Positions 30,111 through 41,757 of a DNA stretch of 43,860 bases are shown in pieces (the stretch's first letter is position 1; each line of letters begins with the position of its first letter). This DNA is from an uncultured bacterium (GTDB lineage: Bacteria > Lernaellota > Lernaellaia > Lernaellales > Lernaellaceae). A program made the translations under genes and the position numbers. The stretch spans positions 1 through 43,860 of the forward strand of contig CAZHPN010000028.1 of NCBI GenBank assembly GCA_964534375.1. The letters are read 5' to 3'. The notes under the pieces were generated by a model. It ran no database searches. It saw only the letters and a program-made list of their open reading frames with translations, and had not been told where the DNA came from.

Positions 30111-31433
30111 TCACACGACGGTAAAGGTTCTGCCTTCCGCGGCATACACCACGCGGTTCCGGCCGGCGGCCTTGGCGACGTAGAGCATCTTATCCGCCTG
30201 CGCCAGGAGATCGTCGAGGTTCATCGGCGGGCCCAGGCACACGCCGATGCTGGCGGTCGTGCGCACGATGTGGCCGTTGAAACGGATCTCCAGCGCCTCA
30301 ATTTTCTCCCGCACTTCGTTGAAGACGCGTTCTCCGTGTTCCGGACTCATATTGGCGGTCAAAATCGCAAACTCCTCGCCGCCCATCCGCGCCAGCACGT
30401 CCGACTCGCGCGCGCGGCCGGCGATCACCGCCGACACCTGCCGCAACACCTCGTCGCCCGTTTGATGCCCGTAGGTGTCGTTGACGCGCTTGAAATGGTC
30501 GATGTCAATCATGCCCACGCCGACCGTCAGGTTGCCGCGCCGCGCGTTCGCGCACAATTTCTCGCCCATCGAAAAAAAGTAACGTCGATTGTGGAGATTG
30601 GTGAGCGCGTCCCGCGTGGCCAGATCTTCCAGGCTCCAGATATGCTCCAATGCGCGGACGTTCTCGGCGATGCGGCAATAAAACTCCTCGGCGAGGGCCG
30701 GTTTGTACAGGAAATCGTTGGCGCCGCTCTTGAGAAAACGCGCCGTGACGTAACCGGTGCCGTACGAAGAAATGCCGACGATCGCCAGCCGGTCTCGCGG
30801 ATGGGTTTTCCGCACCTGCCGCACGAGTTCATACCCGTCCATCTCCGGCATGTAGTAATCGGTCAGCATCAAGACGATATCGGGATGCTCCAGGAGGACT
30901 TCCAGGGCCGCCTGGCCGCTGTTCGCCTCGAAAACCTGGTAGCGGTGGAGCTTCAGCAAATTGGACGTCTGAGCGCGGGCGACGGCCGAGTCGTCGACGA
31001 CCAACACCTTGACTTGCGGGTTTTTGGACAGCCGGCGGACCAAATCCACCACGTAGTCGATGGCCTGCGGACCCTCTTTGATCACGTAGTCCACGACTTG
31101 CTTGGCCCAGAGGGCGTCGCGCGTCGAATCGCTCACGTCGCCCGAGAGAATAATGGGACGCACGCCGGCCGCGGCGACCGCGTCCACCGCCTCGCCGTTT
31201 GGCGCGTCGGGCAGGTTCAAGTCCACGATCGCCACCAGGAACGGTTCGCCGGCCGCGGCGAGCGCCGTCTGGGTTTCCGCCAGACTGGTCGTCCACGTCA
31301 CCTCGGCGCGTGCGTCCAGCGTCAATCGGTCGCGGACTAACGCGCCGTAAAAGCGGCTATCTTCGATCAGCAGCACTTTCATCACGGTTGTTTTCTCTAC
31401 GATCAAGTGCGCTGCACTGACGTTTTCTGACAT
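30111..31433 (-). CDS. Diguanylate cyclase REC-REC-GGEEF
   Basis: Two receivers (VDLNLP, TDYYMP), DALTNLHNRR, DIDHFK, RESD I-site, GGEEF; alternative start 31382. Confidence 0.93.
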   Translation of the reverse strand: MSENVSAAHLIVEKTTVMKVLLIEDSRFYGALVRDRLTLDARAEVTWTTSLAETQTALAAAGEPFLVAIVDLNLPDAPNGEAVDAVAAAGVRPIILSGDVSDSTRDALWAKQVVDYVIKEGPQAIDYVVDLVRRLSKNPQVKVLVVDDSAVARAQTSNLLKLHRYQVFEANSGQAALEVLLEHPDIVLMLTDYYMPEMDGYELVRQVRKTHPRDRLAIVGISSYGTGYVTARFLKSGANDFLYKPALAEEFYCRIAENVRALEHIWSLEDLATRDALTNLHNRRYFFSMGEKLCANARRGNLTVGVGMIDIDHFKRVNDTYGHQTGDEVLRQVSAVIAGRARESDVLARMGGEEFAILTANMSPEHGERVFNEVREKIEALEIRFNGHIVRTTASIGVCLGPPMNLDDLLAQADKMLYVAKAAGRNRVVYAAEGRTFTVV

Positions 31434-31465
31434 CCGGCCGCCCGCGCGGAGCCGCCGCGAAATCC

Positions 31466-32716
31466 TTAGTGCGCCGGCGACTCGCCGCGCGCGATCCCCG
31501 AGAGCCGGTTGCTGGTCTCCTCGACGATCTGGGCCGATTCGTTCAACCTGGCCGCGAAACCCTTCAAGCTGTCCACGTTGACGTTCACGGCGCCAATATT
31601 CTTCGCGACGCCTTTGGCCGATTCGGCCACCTGATTGAAATTGTTGCTCATGATTTCGATGCCGCCGGAGACCTCGCCGGCGCTCCGCGACATGTCTTTC
31701 GTGGCGATCGACTGCTCCTCGACGGCCGACGCGATGATCGTCACGATATCGTTCACATCGGCGATCACCTTGTTGATCGTGTTGATTTCGGAGATCGTGG
31801 CGGTGGTCGCCTCGTGAATGGCGTCGGTCTTGAGGCGAATATCGGCGGTCGCGGCGTTGGTCTGTTTCGCCAGTTCCTTGACTTCGCTGGCCACGACGGC
31901 AAAGCCTTTTCCGGCTTCGCCGGCGCGGGCCGCTTCGATGGTCGCGTTCAAGGCCAGGAGTTTCGTCTGATCGGCGATTTCGGCGATCGCCTCCGTGACC
32001 TTGCTGATTTCTTTGGCGCGGAGTCCAAGTTCGGACACCTTTTTCGAGGCGCCGTCCGCGCTTTCGACGGCCAACCGGGTCACGCCCCGCGCCCGCTCGG
32101 CGTTGCGCGCGATTTCGGAGACGGTGGTGGTCATTTCATCGGTCGCTTTGGCGATCGCGCCGACCGCGCTGCGGGCCTGGGCGGCCGATGTGGCGACCGA
32201 CGCCAATTGCAAGCTCATATGCTCCGCCGCCGCGGAGACGCCGGAGGTGTCGGAGGCGATCGCCCCCGTCTTGGCGCTCGCTTCGCCGGCGATGTGTTCG
32301 AGCTTGGAAATCACGTGGGTCAGCTCTTTGAGCCCTTCCTGGATGCCGTCCTGAACCCGCTTCTGCCGCGCCAACATCAGTTCCAACAGGTCGAAGGTCA
32401 ATTTCGTCGCCTGGCCCGGCACCAACTCCTGCCCGGGGCGGAGCGCGTCGCGCGTCTGCTGCAACACCGCCGGCACGCCGGTGAGTTCGAAAACCAGACT
32501 CACATTCTCTTGCGCCAGCAGGCTGGGAAGTTCCGTAAAGCAGGGGATTCCGTATTCTCTGGCTTTCGCCATGCCCGGCGCGTTGGCCCGAATGTCCATC
32601 ACGCCGCAAATCTGCACGGACGACATCTCGACAAAACTTGAAATAACCGTGAGAGCCGCCTGCCCCCCGCCGACGATGACCACGCGGACCCGTTCGTCCG
32701 TTTTCTTCGCCGCCAT
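31466..32716 (-). CDS. Soluble methyl-accepting chemoreceptor with N-terminal Rossmann-like domain
   Basis: [19 protein letters not shown]-terminus, no TM helix, [37 protein letters not shown]. Confidence 0.9.
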   Translation of the reverse strand: MAAKKTDERVRVVIVGGGQAALTVISSFVEMSSVQICGVMDIRANAPGMAKAREYGIPCFTELPSLLAQENVSLVFELTGVPAVLQQTRDALRPGQELVPGQATKLTFDLLELMLARQKRVQDGIQEGLKELTHVISKLEHIAGEASAKTGAIASDTSGVSAAAEHMSLQLASVATSAAQARSAVGAIAKATDEMTTTVSEIARNAERARGVTRLAVESADGASKKVSELGLRAKEISKVTEAIAEIADQTKLLALNATIEAARAGEAGKGFAVVASEVKELAKQTNAATADIRLKTDAIHEATTATISEINTINKVIADVNDIVTIIASAVEEQSIATKDMSRSAGEVSGGIEIMSNNFNQVAESAKGVAKNIGAVNVNVDSLKGFAARLNESAQIVEETSNRLSGIARGESPAH

Positions 32717-32958
32717 GATGCCTCCGTTGTAAATGCCTGCTGAAGATCGCACACGGCGCCCAAACCGGCACTAGGTGCAGTCGTCCTCCCCCGAGGATGA
32801 GACGCTCCACGCGCAACGTCCCTTTTTTCTGTACCTTACAGTGAAGTTACTGTCAAGAGAAAGCAAGAATTTGACCGGAAAAACCCCCGCGCGGCGCAGC
32901 AAAAACGCCCTCAGGCGCCTGGCGGCGGCCCGGCGGCGACAGCGGAGGCCCGTCCTCG

Positions 32959-35586
32959 TTACACCCCGCGGCCTGGTGCGGCGCCGAGGACGCGGGCTAC
33001 GACATCGAGGAATTCGCGCACGTCCACGGGTTTCGCCAAGAAGAAATCGCAACCCGCTTCGCGCGCTTTTTCCGCGTCGGTCGGCATCGCGTAAGCCGTG
33101 AGGACGACAATGGGGATATGCGCCGTTTCCGGATCGGCCTTGAGCCGGCGGGTCGCCGCAAGTCCGTCCAGGTGCGGGAGGCCGATGTCCATGACAATCG
33201 CGTCGGGATGCTCCGTCTTGGCCAACCGCAACGCCTCTTCGGCCGACCGTGCCGGCAATGCCTCGGCGCCGTTCAATTTCAACAAGTCGTGAATCATCAA
33301 AATAGAAATCTCGTCATCGTCGACGACTAGAACCCGTCCGCTCAGCTTCGCCCGGTCGCGCCTAGCCGGGCCGACGGGCGACGTTTCGGCGGAGTCTTCC
33401 ATTCTCGCCGGAAGGGAAAAGAAGAAGGCGCTGCCGCACCCTTCGCCGCGGCTCTCGACCCAAATCGAGCCGCCGTGCAATTCAGCCAACTGCCGGCAAA
33501 GCGCCAGGCCGAGGCCGGTTCCCGGCGGCGCTGGTTGCCCTTCCTTCCGCACCTGTTCAAACGCGTTGAAGACGCGTTGTTGATCTGCCGGGCTGATGCC
33601 GATGCCCGTGTCGGCGACGGCAAAGACGATCCGGTCGTCAACTTTCGACGCGCGCAATTCGACGGCGCCGCCCGGAGGGGTGAATTTGACCGCGTTGGAC
33701 AAAAGGTTCCAGAGAATCTGCCGTACTTTGCGTTCGTCGGCCCAGATTTGCCGGCCGCGCAGGTCGTCCGACAGCGCGATCGACAAGGTCAAGCGCTTGG
33801 CCGCGGCCCGTTCGCGAAATAACGCGAGACTGACCGACAGCAGTTCGTCGATCGCGACGGGCGCCTGCTCCAACGTCATTTTTCTGGCTTCGACTTTCGC
33901 TAAATCCAAGATGTCGTTGATGAGGCGCAGCAGATGCTCGCCGCTGGTCACGATGTTTTCCGCGTACTGCCGCTGTTGGCCGGTCAAGACGCCGGCCATG
34001 CCGCGGGCCAGGATCTCGGCGAAACCCAGGATCCCCTGAAGCGGCGTGCGCAGTTCATGGCTCATGCTGGCGAGGAAGGCGCTTTTGGCCCGGTTGGCCT
34101 GCTCCGCCGCATCTTTGGCGCTCCGGATTTCCCGGTCCAGCCGCTGGCGCTCCGTGATGTTGCGCGTGGCCCCGATGATGCCGCAGGCCCGGTTGTCGTC
34201 GTCGCGTAGAAACGCGGCGTTGACCTCGGTCCAAACCGTCCCGCCGCCTTGGCGCTTGTATTCGACCTCCAGCATGCGCGAATGATACGCTCGTTTTTCC
34301 GGGGCCCGCTCAATTTCGAGTTCTTCGGCCAGGACGGCCTGAATGCGCGCCCACGAGTCCGGCGTCACGCTCTCCGCGATCGACTGCGCCATCGCTTCCG
34401 GCGCGGTGTAGCCGCGCAGGCGCGTTACTGACGGGCTGATGTAGGTGAAGCGCAGATCGAGATCCATGGTCCAGATCACGTCTTCCGAGTTGTCGGCCAG
34501 CAGTCGATACCGGCGTTCGCTTTCGCGCAGCGCCGCGTTGCGCTCGGTCAATTCGGCCGTGCGTTCCGCCACGCGTTGCTCCAGGGCCTCCGCGTGCCGC
34601 TGCAAATCCTCGTTGAGTCGGCGGATCTCTTCGTCCGCGCGCCGGCGGTCCGTGATGTCCGAGCCGATGCTCAGGATTTCGACGATCTGACCCTGGGCGT
34701 CGAGCACGACCTTGTTCGTCCAGTCAATCCACACCCGCTCGCCGTTGCTCCGCACATTCTCATTGATGTTGCGCTCGAACCGCTCGGGGTTGGCGCAGAT
34801 CTCGTCCATCAGCGGGCGCAGGTCCCGGCCGGTGCTTTCGTTTTCCGGAACGACGGTTCCCAGCACGTGACGGCCGACGACCTCCGCTTCCGTATAGCCG
34901 AAGAACCGGCAGCCGAACTCGTTCAAGAACGTGATCCGCCCATCGCGCGACCAACGCAGGATAATGCTGTTGGCCAGCATCACCAGCTCGCGGTATTCGC
35001 GTTCGCTGGCGCGCAGCGCCGCCTCGGCCCGCCCGTGTTCCAGGCGCTCGCGCTGCCCGACGATGCCGTACGCCAGGTCGCCGGCCAGCTCGCTCAGCAG
35101 TTTCATTTCGTCGGGTTGAAAGGCGTCCGGCGCCGCGGCATACGCCATGAGCGCGCCGAAAACGTCGTCGCCGTGCTGCAGGGGCAATGCCGCCGACGAG
35201 GCGTAGCCATGCTGCGCCGCGGCCGCGCGCCACGGGCCGAGCGCCGGATCGGTCAGGATGTTTTGCGCGATGACGGGTCGCCCCGTGCGAATGGCGACGC
35301 CGGTGGGGCCGCGCCCATTTTCCGTGTCCGCCCAGGTGATCCGGGCGCGGTCCAGGTAATCGGTCTCGAAGCCCGCCCGAGCGACGGGGCGCACCGACTT
35401 CGTTTCATCGCGCTCGGCGTAGCCGACCCAGGCCATCCGGTAGCCGCCGCGCTCGACGAGCAGACGGCAAACGTCGGCGAGCAGGGTGGCTTCATCCGGC
35501 GCGCGAACCAGCGCCTGATTGCAGTCGCTGAGCGTTTGCAACGCTCTGTTCAGACGCCGCAATTCCTCGGTGCTGGGTTCTTGCAT
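32959..35586 (-). CDS. Cytoplasmic hybrid histidine kinase GAF-PAS-PAS-HisKA-HATPase-REC
   Basis: GAF (YRMAWVGY), two PAS/PAC (DITDRR, NITER), SHELRTPL, GTGLGL, MDIGLP. Confidence 0.92.
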   Translation of the reverse strand: MQEPSTEELRRLNRALQTLSDCNQALVRAPDEATLLADVCRLLVERGGYRMAWVGYAERDETKSVRPVARAGFETDYLDRARITWADTENGRGPTGVAIRTGRPVIAQNILTDPALGPWRAAAAQHGYASSAALPLQHGDDVFGALMAYAAAPDAFQPDEMKLLSELAGDLAYGIVGQRERLEHGRAEAALRASEREYRELVMLANSIILRWSRDGRITFLNEFGCRFFGYTEAEVVGRHVLGTVVPENESTGRDLRPLMDEICANPERFERNINENVRSNGERVWIDWTNKVVLDAQGQIVEILSIGSDITDRRRADEEIRRLNEDLQRHAEALEQRVAERTAELTERNAALRESERRYRLLADNSEDVIWTMDLDLRFTYISPSVTRLRGYTAPEAMAQSIAESVTPDSWARIQAVLAEELEIERAPEKRAYHSRMLEVEYKRQGGGTVWTEVNAAFLRDDDNRACGIIGATRNITERQRLDREIRSAKDAAEQANRAKSAFLASMSHELRTPLQGILGFAEILARGMAGVLTGQQRQYAENIVTSGEHLLRLINDILDLAKVEARKMTLEQAPVAIDELLSVSLALFRERAAAKRLTLSIALSDDLRGRQIWADERKVRQILWNLLSNAVKFTPPGGAVELRASKVDDRIVFAVADTGIGISPADQQRVFNAFEQVRKEGQPAPPGTGLGLALCRQLAELHGGSIWVESRGEGCGSAFFFSLPARMEDSAETSPVGPARRDRAKLSGRVLVVDDDEISILMIHDLLKLNGAEALPARSAEEALRLAKTEHPDAIVMDIGLPHLDGLAATRRLKADPETAHIPIVVLTAYAMPTDAEKAREAGCDFFLAKPVDVREFLDVVARVLGAAPGRGV

Positions 35587-35923
35587 GGCGTGTTCCTCAT
35601 CAACTGATGGAGGCCAAGCGCCGGGCGGGAATCGCAAAATCGACGGTCATCGAAAGCGCCCCGCCGTCGTCATCGCCGTGAAAACGGAGCAAGGGATGTT
35701 TCCCTTCGCCTCCGTTCCGGCGAGCGACCTGCTTTGCTCTTTCATTAGTCACCCGCCTGAACCCGCCGCCGCGGTTCCTCGCGAGTCGCCCCCATCGCCG
35801 CCATCAAACGCCAGTCGCGACGATAGTGTCAAGTCGTTTTTTTGAGGCTGGTCTCGCCGGTTGCGCCACGCAATTATTTCCGGGAAAGAATCAGCCGGCC
35901 GTGCAATTCGCCGGTCGACCGGC

Positions 35924-38011
35924 TCAGGACGCCTTCCTGCCCGGCCCGGCCTCCAGGATGCGTGCCATGATGTCGAGAAATTCGCGCACGTCCATCGGCT
36001 TCGCGACGTAAAAATCGCAGCCGGCGGCGCGGGCGTTTTCGACATCGGTCGGCATCGCGTAGCTCGTCAGCACAATCACGGGGATCGCCGTCGTTTCCGG
36101 ATCGGCCTTGAGAATCCGCGTCGCCTCCAGCCCGTCCATTCCGGGAAGGCCGATGTCCATGACAATCGCGTCGGGATGTTCCGTCTTGGCCAAGCGCAAC
36201 GCGTCTTCGGCCGATCGCGCTTTCGCCACGCGGGCGCCGTGCATCGTCAACAACTCGTTCAACATCAACGTCGAGACGTCGTCGTCCTCGACGACCAGGA
36301 CGCGCCCTTTCAGCGCGATGCCGCCGCGCGCCGGGAGGCCGTCGGGTTCCCGGTCGAAGGTCTTTTCAATGTTCGCCGGAATGGAGAAATAGAAGGCGCT
36401 GCCGTACCCTTCGCCGCGACTCTCCACCCAAATCGAACCCCCGTGCAATTCGACGAGCCGCCGGGAAAGCGCCAGACCCAGGCCAACCCCCGGCGCCGAA
36501 CTTTGGCCGTCCTGCCGCACCTGCTCAAATGCATTGAAAATGCGGCGCTGATTTTCCGCGCTGATGCCGATGCCCGTGTCGCTCACCGCAAAGACGATCT
36601 CGTAGTCGATCTGCGACGCGCGCAATTCGACCGCGCCCTCGGGCGGCGTGAATTTGAGCGCGTTGGAAAGAAGGTTCCAGAGAACTTGCCGGATTTTGCG
36701 TTCGTCGGCCCACATTCGTTGCCCGCGCAGTTCCGGCGACAACGCGCCCGACAAGGTCACCCGGCTCGCCGCCGCCTGCGCGCGAAACAAGGACAGCGCG
36801 TCCACCAACAGCGCGTCAAGCGCGACGCGCGTCGGCTCCAGCGCCATTTTCCCGGCTTCGACCTTCGCCAAATCCAGCATGTCGTTGATGAGTTGCAACA
36901 GATGTTGCCCGCTCAAGGAGATGTTTTGCAGATATTGCCGCTGTTGGGCCGTCAATTCGCCGGCCATGCCGCCGGCGAGAATGTCGGCGAATCCCAAGAT
37001 GCCATGGAGCGGCGTTCGAAATTCGTGGCTCATCGAAGCGAGAAACTCGCTCTTGGCCTTGTTGGCCGCGGAGGCGTCCTTTTCCGCGGCGCGCGCGTGA
37101 GCTTCGCTTTCGCGCAGTTCGGCGTTGCGCTCGGCCAGTTCGGCCGTACGTTCGGCCACCAACTCTTCGAGATGTTCGCGATGGTGGCGCAGCGCCTCTT
37201 CGACGCGTTTGAGTTCGGTGATATCCTCGACGGTGCCCTCGTAGTAGAGGATTCGGCCATCCTCGGCGCGCTGCACCCGGGCGTTTTCCCGCACCGCGAC
37301 GTAGGAGCCGTCCGTCTTTCGCCACCGGGCTTCCAAACCCGCGACGACGCCCTGGCGGTCGAGCGTCGCTTTGAATTGCGCCCGCGAATATTCCGGCGCG
37401 TAACCGTCGTGCTCCAGATTGCGTTTCTTCAACTCGGCGAAAGAATCGTAGCCCAGCATCCGGAGCAAGGCCGGGTTGGCCATTAAGATGTCGCCTGCCG
37501 GCGTGGTCCGGTACAACCCCAGCACGGCGTCTTCGAACAGCCGCCGGAACCGTTCCTCGCTTTGTCGCAGGGCCTCCTCCGCGGCGCGGGCGGCCGTAAT
37601 GTCTTGAATGTGCGTCAGCAGGATGACCGGCTCGCCCGCGGCGTCGCGATGAAGACGCGTGGTCAGGTGGGCCCAGACATGGCCGCCGTTCTTCGCCACA
37701 TACCGCTTGTCCACGATCCAAACGTCGCGGTCCCCGGCAATCAGGCTTTGCACGCCCTCCTGCGTTTCGGCGACGTCGTCCGGGTGCGTAAACGTCGCGA
37801 AATGCAGGTCTTGCATTTCGTCGACAGCGTAGCCGAGCATGTCGCCGAAGGTTTTGTTCACCCGAATGATGCGCCCGTCGGGCGCGGTCATCGATTTGCC
37901 GATCGGCGCGTCGTCGAAGAACGACTGGAACAGTTCGTTCATCTCCGCGCGGCGGCTCGCGACGTTTTCGTTCTTCTCGGCCGGCAGTTTCGTCGTTCGA
38001 TCTTTTTTCAT
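35924..38011 (-). CDS. Cytoplasmic hybrid histidine kinase PAS-PAS-HisKA-HATPase-REC
   Basis: THPDD, QDIT, EDITE, SHEFRTPL, GVGLGL, MDIGLP. Confidence 0.92.
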   Translation of the reverse strand: MKKDRTTKLPAEKNENVASRRAEMNELFQSFFDDAPIGKSMTAPDGRIIRVNKTFGDMLGYAVDEMQDLHFATFTHPDDVAETQEGVQSLIAGDRDVWIVDKRYVAKNGGHVWAHLTTRLHRDAAGEPVILLTHIQDITAARAAEEALRQSEERFRRLFEDAVLGLYRTTPAGDILMANPALLRMLGYDSFAELKKRNLEHDGYAPEYSRAQFKATLDRQGVVAGLEARWRKTDGSYVAVRENARVQRAEDGRILYYEGTVEDITELKRVEEALRHHREHLEELVAERTAELAERNAELRESEAHARAAEKDASAANKAKSEFLASMSHEFRTPLHGILGFADILAGGMAGELTAQQRQYLQNISLSGQHLLQLINDMLDLAKVEAGKMALEPTRVALDALLVDALSLFRAQAAASRVTLSGALSPELRGQRMWADERKIRQVLWNLLSNALKFTPPEGAVELRASQIDYEIVFAVSDTGIGISAENQRRIFNAFEQVRQDGQSSAPGVGLGLALSRRLVELHGGSIWVESRGEGYGSAFYFSIPANIEKTFDREPDGLPARGGIALKGRVLVVEDDDVSTLMLNELLTMHGARVAKARSAEDALRLAKTEHPDAIVMDIGLPGMDGLEATRILKADPETTAIPVIVLTSYAMPTDVENARAAGCDFYVAKPMDVREFLDIMARILEAGPGRKAS

Positions 38012-38138
38012 GATGGCCCCGGGAGGGCGTGGGCGACGCCGTTCTTTTCTGGTCACTGTTGTAACCTCGTTTTGCCCGCGAAACCAGGGCGGCGCCGGGC
38101 CGCCTTGCCGCGCCCGCTGCGCCGCGTAGAATCGGCGC

Positions 38139-39668
38139 GTGCCTCCGGAAAAAATCGGCTCCTATCGTTTGCTCAAGCTGCTCGGCCAGGGCGGCATGGC
38201 CGAGGTGTGGGCGGCGCGCAAAACCGGCGCGCTCGGCGCCAGCCAGTTGGCCGTGGTCAAGCGCATCCTGCCGCAGCACGCCGCCGACCGCGCGTTTCTC
38301 CAGGCGTTCATCGACGAGGCGCGGCTGGCCGTGCGCCTCACTCACCCGAACATCGTGCAAGTGCTCGAAGTCGGCGAAGCCGACGCCGAGCCCTATCTGG
38401 CGCTCGAATTGGTCGACGGCGCCGATCTGGAAAGCGTGCTCATCGATTTGGCCGATCGCCTGCGGCCGATGCCGCGGCCGGCCGCGGCGCGCCTCGCGGC
38501 CGACATCCTGCGGGCGCTGGCGCACGCGCACGGGCTGACCGACGAGGCGGGCCAACCGCTGGAGGTCGTGCACCGCGACGTCAGCCCGCCGAACATCCTG
38601 CTGAGCCGCACGGGCGTCGCGAAGCTGGCGGATTTCGGCATCGCCAAAGCCAAAGGCCGCCTGACGAAAACCTCGATGCGCCTGCTCAAGGGCAAGACGC
38701 CGTACATGAGCCCCGAGCAGGCGCGCGGCGAAACGCTGGACGGGCGGTCGGATTTGTTCAGTCTCGGCGCCGTATTGTGGGAGTGCCTGACCGGCATCCG
38801 CCTGTTCGAAAGCGGCGACGATCTGCGGAATCTCGACCTGGTGCAGCACAAGCCGATCCCCGCGCCGTCGACCTTGCGGCCCGACGTCGAGCCCGACCTC
38901 GACGCGGTCGTGCTGCGGCTGCTGGCGCGCGATCGGCAAGCGCGGTTCGCCTCGGCGTCCGAGGCGCTGGCGGCGTTGGAGAAGACCGCCGCTTTTCGCC
39001 AATCGCAGTCGAACGACGTGACGGCGCTGGCGGCCGAGACGGCGAAAGAGCCGCTCGCTCGCCTGCGCCTGCCGACCGCGGAACTGGCGCTCGAGGAGGG
39101 CGCGACGCTGCGCAATCTGGCGCGCGGTCGCCGGCGCTGGCGCGCGGTCGCCGCGGCGGCGGCATTGGCGGCGTTGCTGGCGGCGTGGGCCGGCTGGCGG
39201 TGGTCGCAGACGGTCGCGTTGCCGCCGGCGCCGGCGGACGACAAACCGTCAGGCGCCACGCTGGTCGTCAAACCCGCGACGACCGGCGCGATGTTTCTGT
39301 GGGACGGCCGGCCGCTCGGCCTGACGCCGCTCGCCCGCGACGTCGCGCCCGACGGCAAGAAACACGACGCCGCGTTGGAGAAGCCGGCGTACTCGTCGTG
39401 GCGCAAGTCGGTCGAGTTCAAGAAGTCGCGCACCATCGCCGAGAAAGAAAAGTTGACGAGACTGATCGGCCGCGTGCGGGCGGCGGCGGAACTCCCGGGC
39501 GTGCTGACCATCGCGGGCCGCGACTTGGCGGCAGGCGAGGAAATGGCGCTGCCGGCCGGCGCTTACCTCGCGCGCACGGAATCGGGAAAACCGTTGCTGG
39601 TCGGGGTCTTGCCGAATCAAACGACGACGGTAAATCTGGAACATTCCACTTTGAATAATCCCGAATAA
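38139..39668 (+). CDS. Hanks-type Ser/Thr kinase with TM helix and PEGA-like domain
   Basis: LGQGGMAEV, VVKRI, HRDVSPPN, DFG, YMSPEQ, DLFSLG; TM; DGRPLGLTP. Confidence 0.92.
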   Translation: MPPEKIGSYRLLKLLGQGGMAEVWAARKTGALGASQLAVVKRILPQHAADRAFLQAFIDEARLAVRLTHPNIVQVLEVGEADAEPYLALELVDGADLESVLIDLADRLRPMPRPAAARLAADILRALAHAHGLTDEAGQPLEVVHRDVSPPNILLSRTGVAKLADFGIAKAKGRLTKTSMRLLKGKTPYMSPEQARGETLDGRSDLFSLGAVLWECLTGIRLFESGDDLRNLDLVQHKPIPAPSTLRPDVEPDLDAVVLRLLARDRQARFASASEALAALEKTAAFRQSQSNDVTALAAETAKEPLARLRLPTAELALEEGATLRNLARGRRRWRAVAAAAALAALLAAWAGWRWSQTVALPPAPADDKPSGATLVVKPATTGAMFLWDGRPLGLTPLARDVAPDGKKHDAALEKPAYSSWRKSVEFKKSRTIAEKEKLTRLIGRVRAAAELPGVLTIAGRDLAAGEEMALPAGAYLARTESGKPLLVGVLPNQTTTVNLEHSTLNNPE

Positions 39669-39684
39669 TCCATTTTCGGCCTGC

Positions 39685-39713
39685 TTGACAACCGTCCGAA
39701 ATACTCCTAGCTT
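39685..39713 (+). promoter_or_regulatory. Sigma70-type promoter of gdhA
   Basis: TTGACA-17bp-TAGCTT. Confidence 0.55.
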
Positions 39714-39791
39714 CGCGCCAACTTGATTGGTGTCATGTGCGTTCCGATGGTCCAAATCCCGCTTCCGTGCGCCGGTCGAACGCTGGTCTGA

Positions 39792-41183
<1,392 letters not shown>

Positions 41184-41209
41184 GCGACTATCACAATTCG
41201 TGCAAGGGA

Positions 41210-41237
41210 GGGGCGGTTTCCGGGCCGCCCCTTTTTT
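41210..41237 (+). terminator. Rho-independent terminator of gdhA
   Basis: GGGGCGG-loop-CCGCCCC followed by T6. Confidence 0.85.
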
Positions 41238-41310
41238 CAGTGAACAGCGAACAACGAACAATGAACATTGAACAATGAACATTGAACAATGAACATTGAA
41301 CAATGAACAG
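41238..41310 (+). repeat. Heptamer tandem array (TGAACA[A/T/G])n
   Basis: About 10 units, e.g. tgaacat tgaacaa. Confidence 0.9.
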
Positions 41311-41393
41311 CAGACGAGCTTATTGCAAGAAACCCCCGTGTATCCGCGCCGGGCGAGCCTCAGCGGGGCGTAGGTAATTAGCCCAGCAATTTC

Positions 41394-41757
41394 AGAGACT
41401 GTCGATTTTCTTTGGCGGTGCAAAGCATCCATCGTTCTCCCCACGATTACGCGGCTTCGCCCCTTTGTTCGTCATTCCCGCGGAGGCGGGAATCCAGGCA
41501 TTGTAAGAGCGCATTTCCAGGCGCGATTTCCCAGACCGCGCCCGGAAGAGCCTGCCCCCGCGAAGAGCCTGCCCCGCGAAGGCGGGGGCGGGGGCGCTCT
41601 TGCAGCGTCAGCATGAACGCTCGCGCGCGTTGCGCCCTCGGACGCAACGAATGTTCCTGGATTCCCGCCTCCGCGGGAATGACGTCTTAAGGGGCGCGAC
41701 ATACGTGACGTGGGGCGCATCGGTCATCGTCGACAAGCGAGAAAATCGACGGTCTCT
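41394..41757. mobile_element. Non-autonomous MITE, 18-bp TIRs, 3-bp TTC target duplication
   Basis: agagactgtcgattttct / agaaaatcgacggtctct (17/18 inverted match), ttc on both sides; removal restores hairpin cccagcaat-ttc-attgccggg. Confidence 0.8.
41470..41684. repeat. Perfect 29-bp inverted pair of ATTCCC-N8-GGGAAT (dRS3-like) repeats
   Basis: cgtcattcccgcggaggcgggaatccagg (41470-41498) and its exact reverse complement (41656-41684). Confidence 0.88.

Noticed and set aside
35590..35830. Long leader of the hybrid kinase as c-di-GMP riboswitch
   Set aside because: GC-rich hairpins are possible but I could not find GEMM-I/II consensus elements; an Rfam scan is needed
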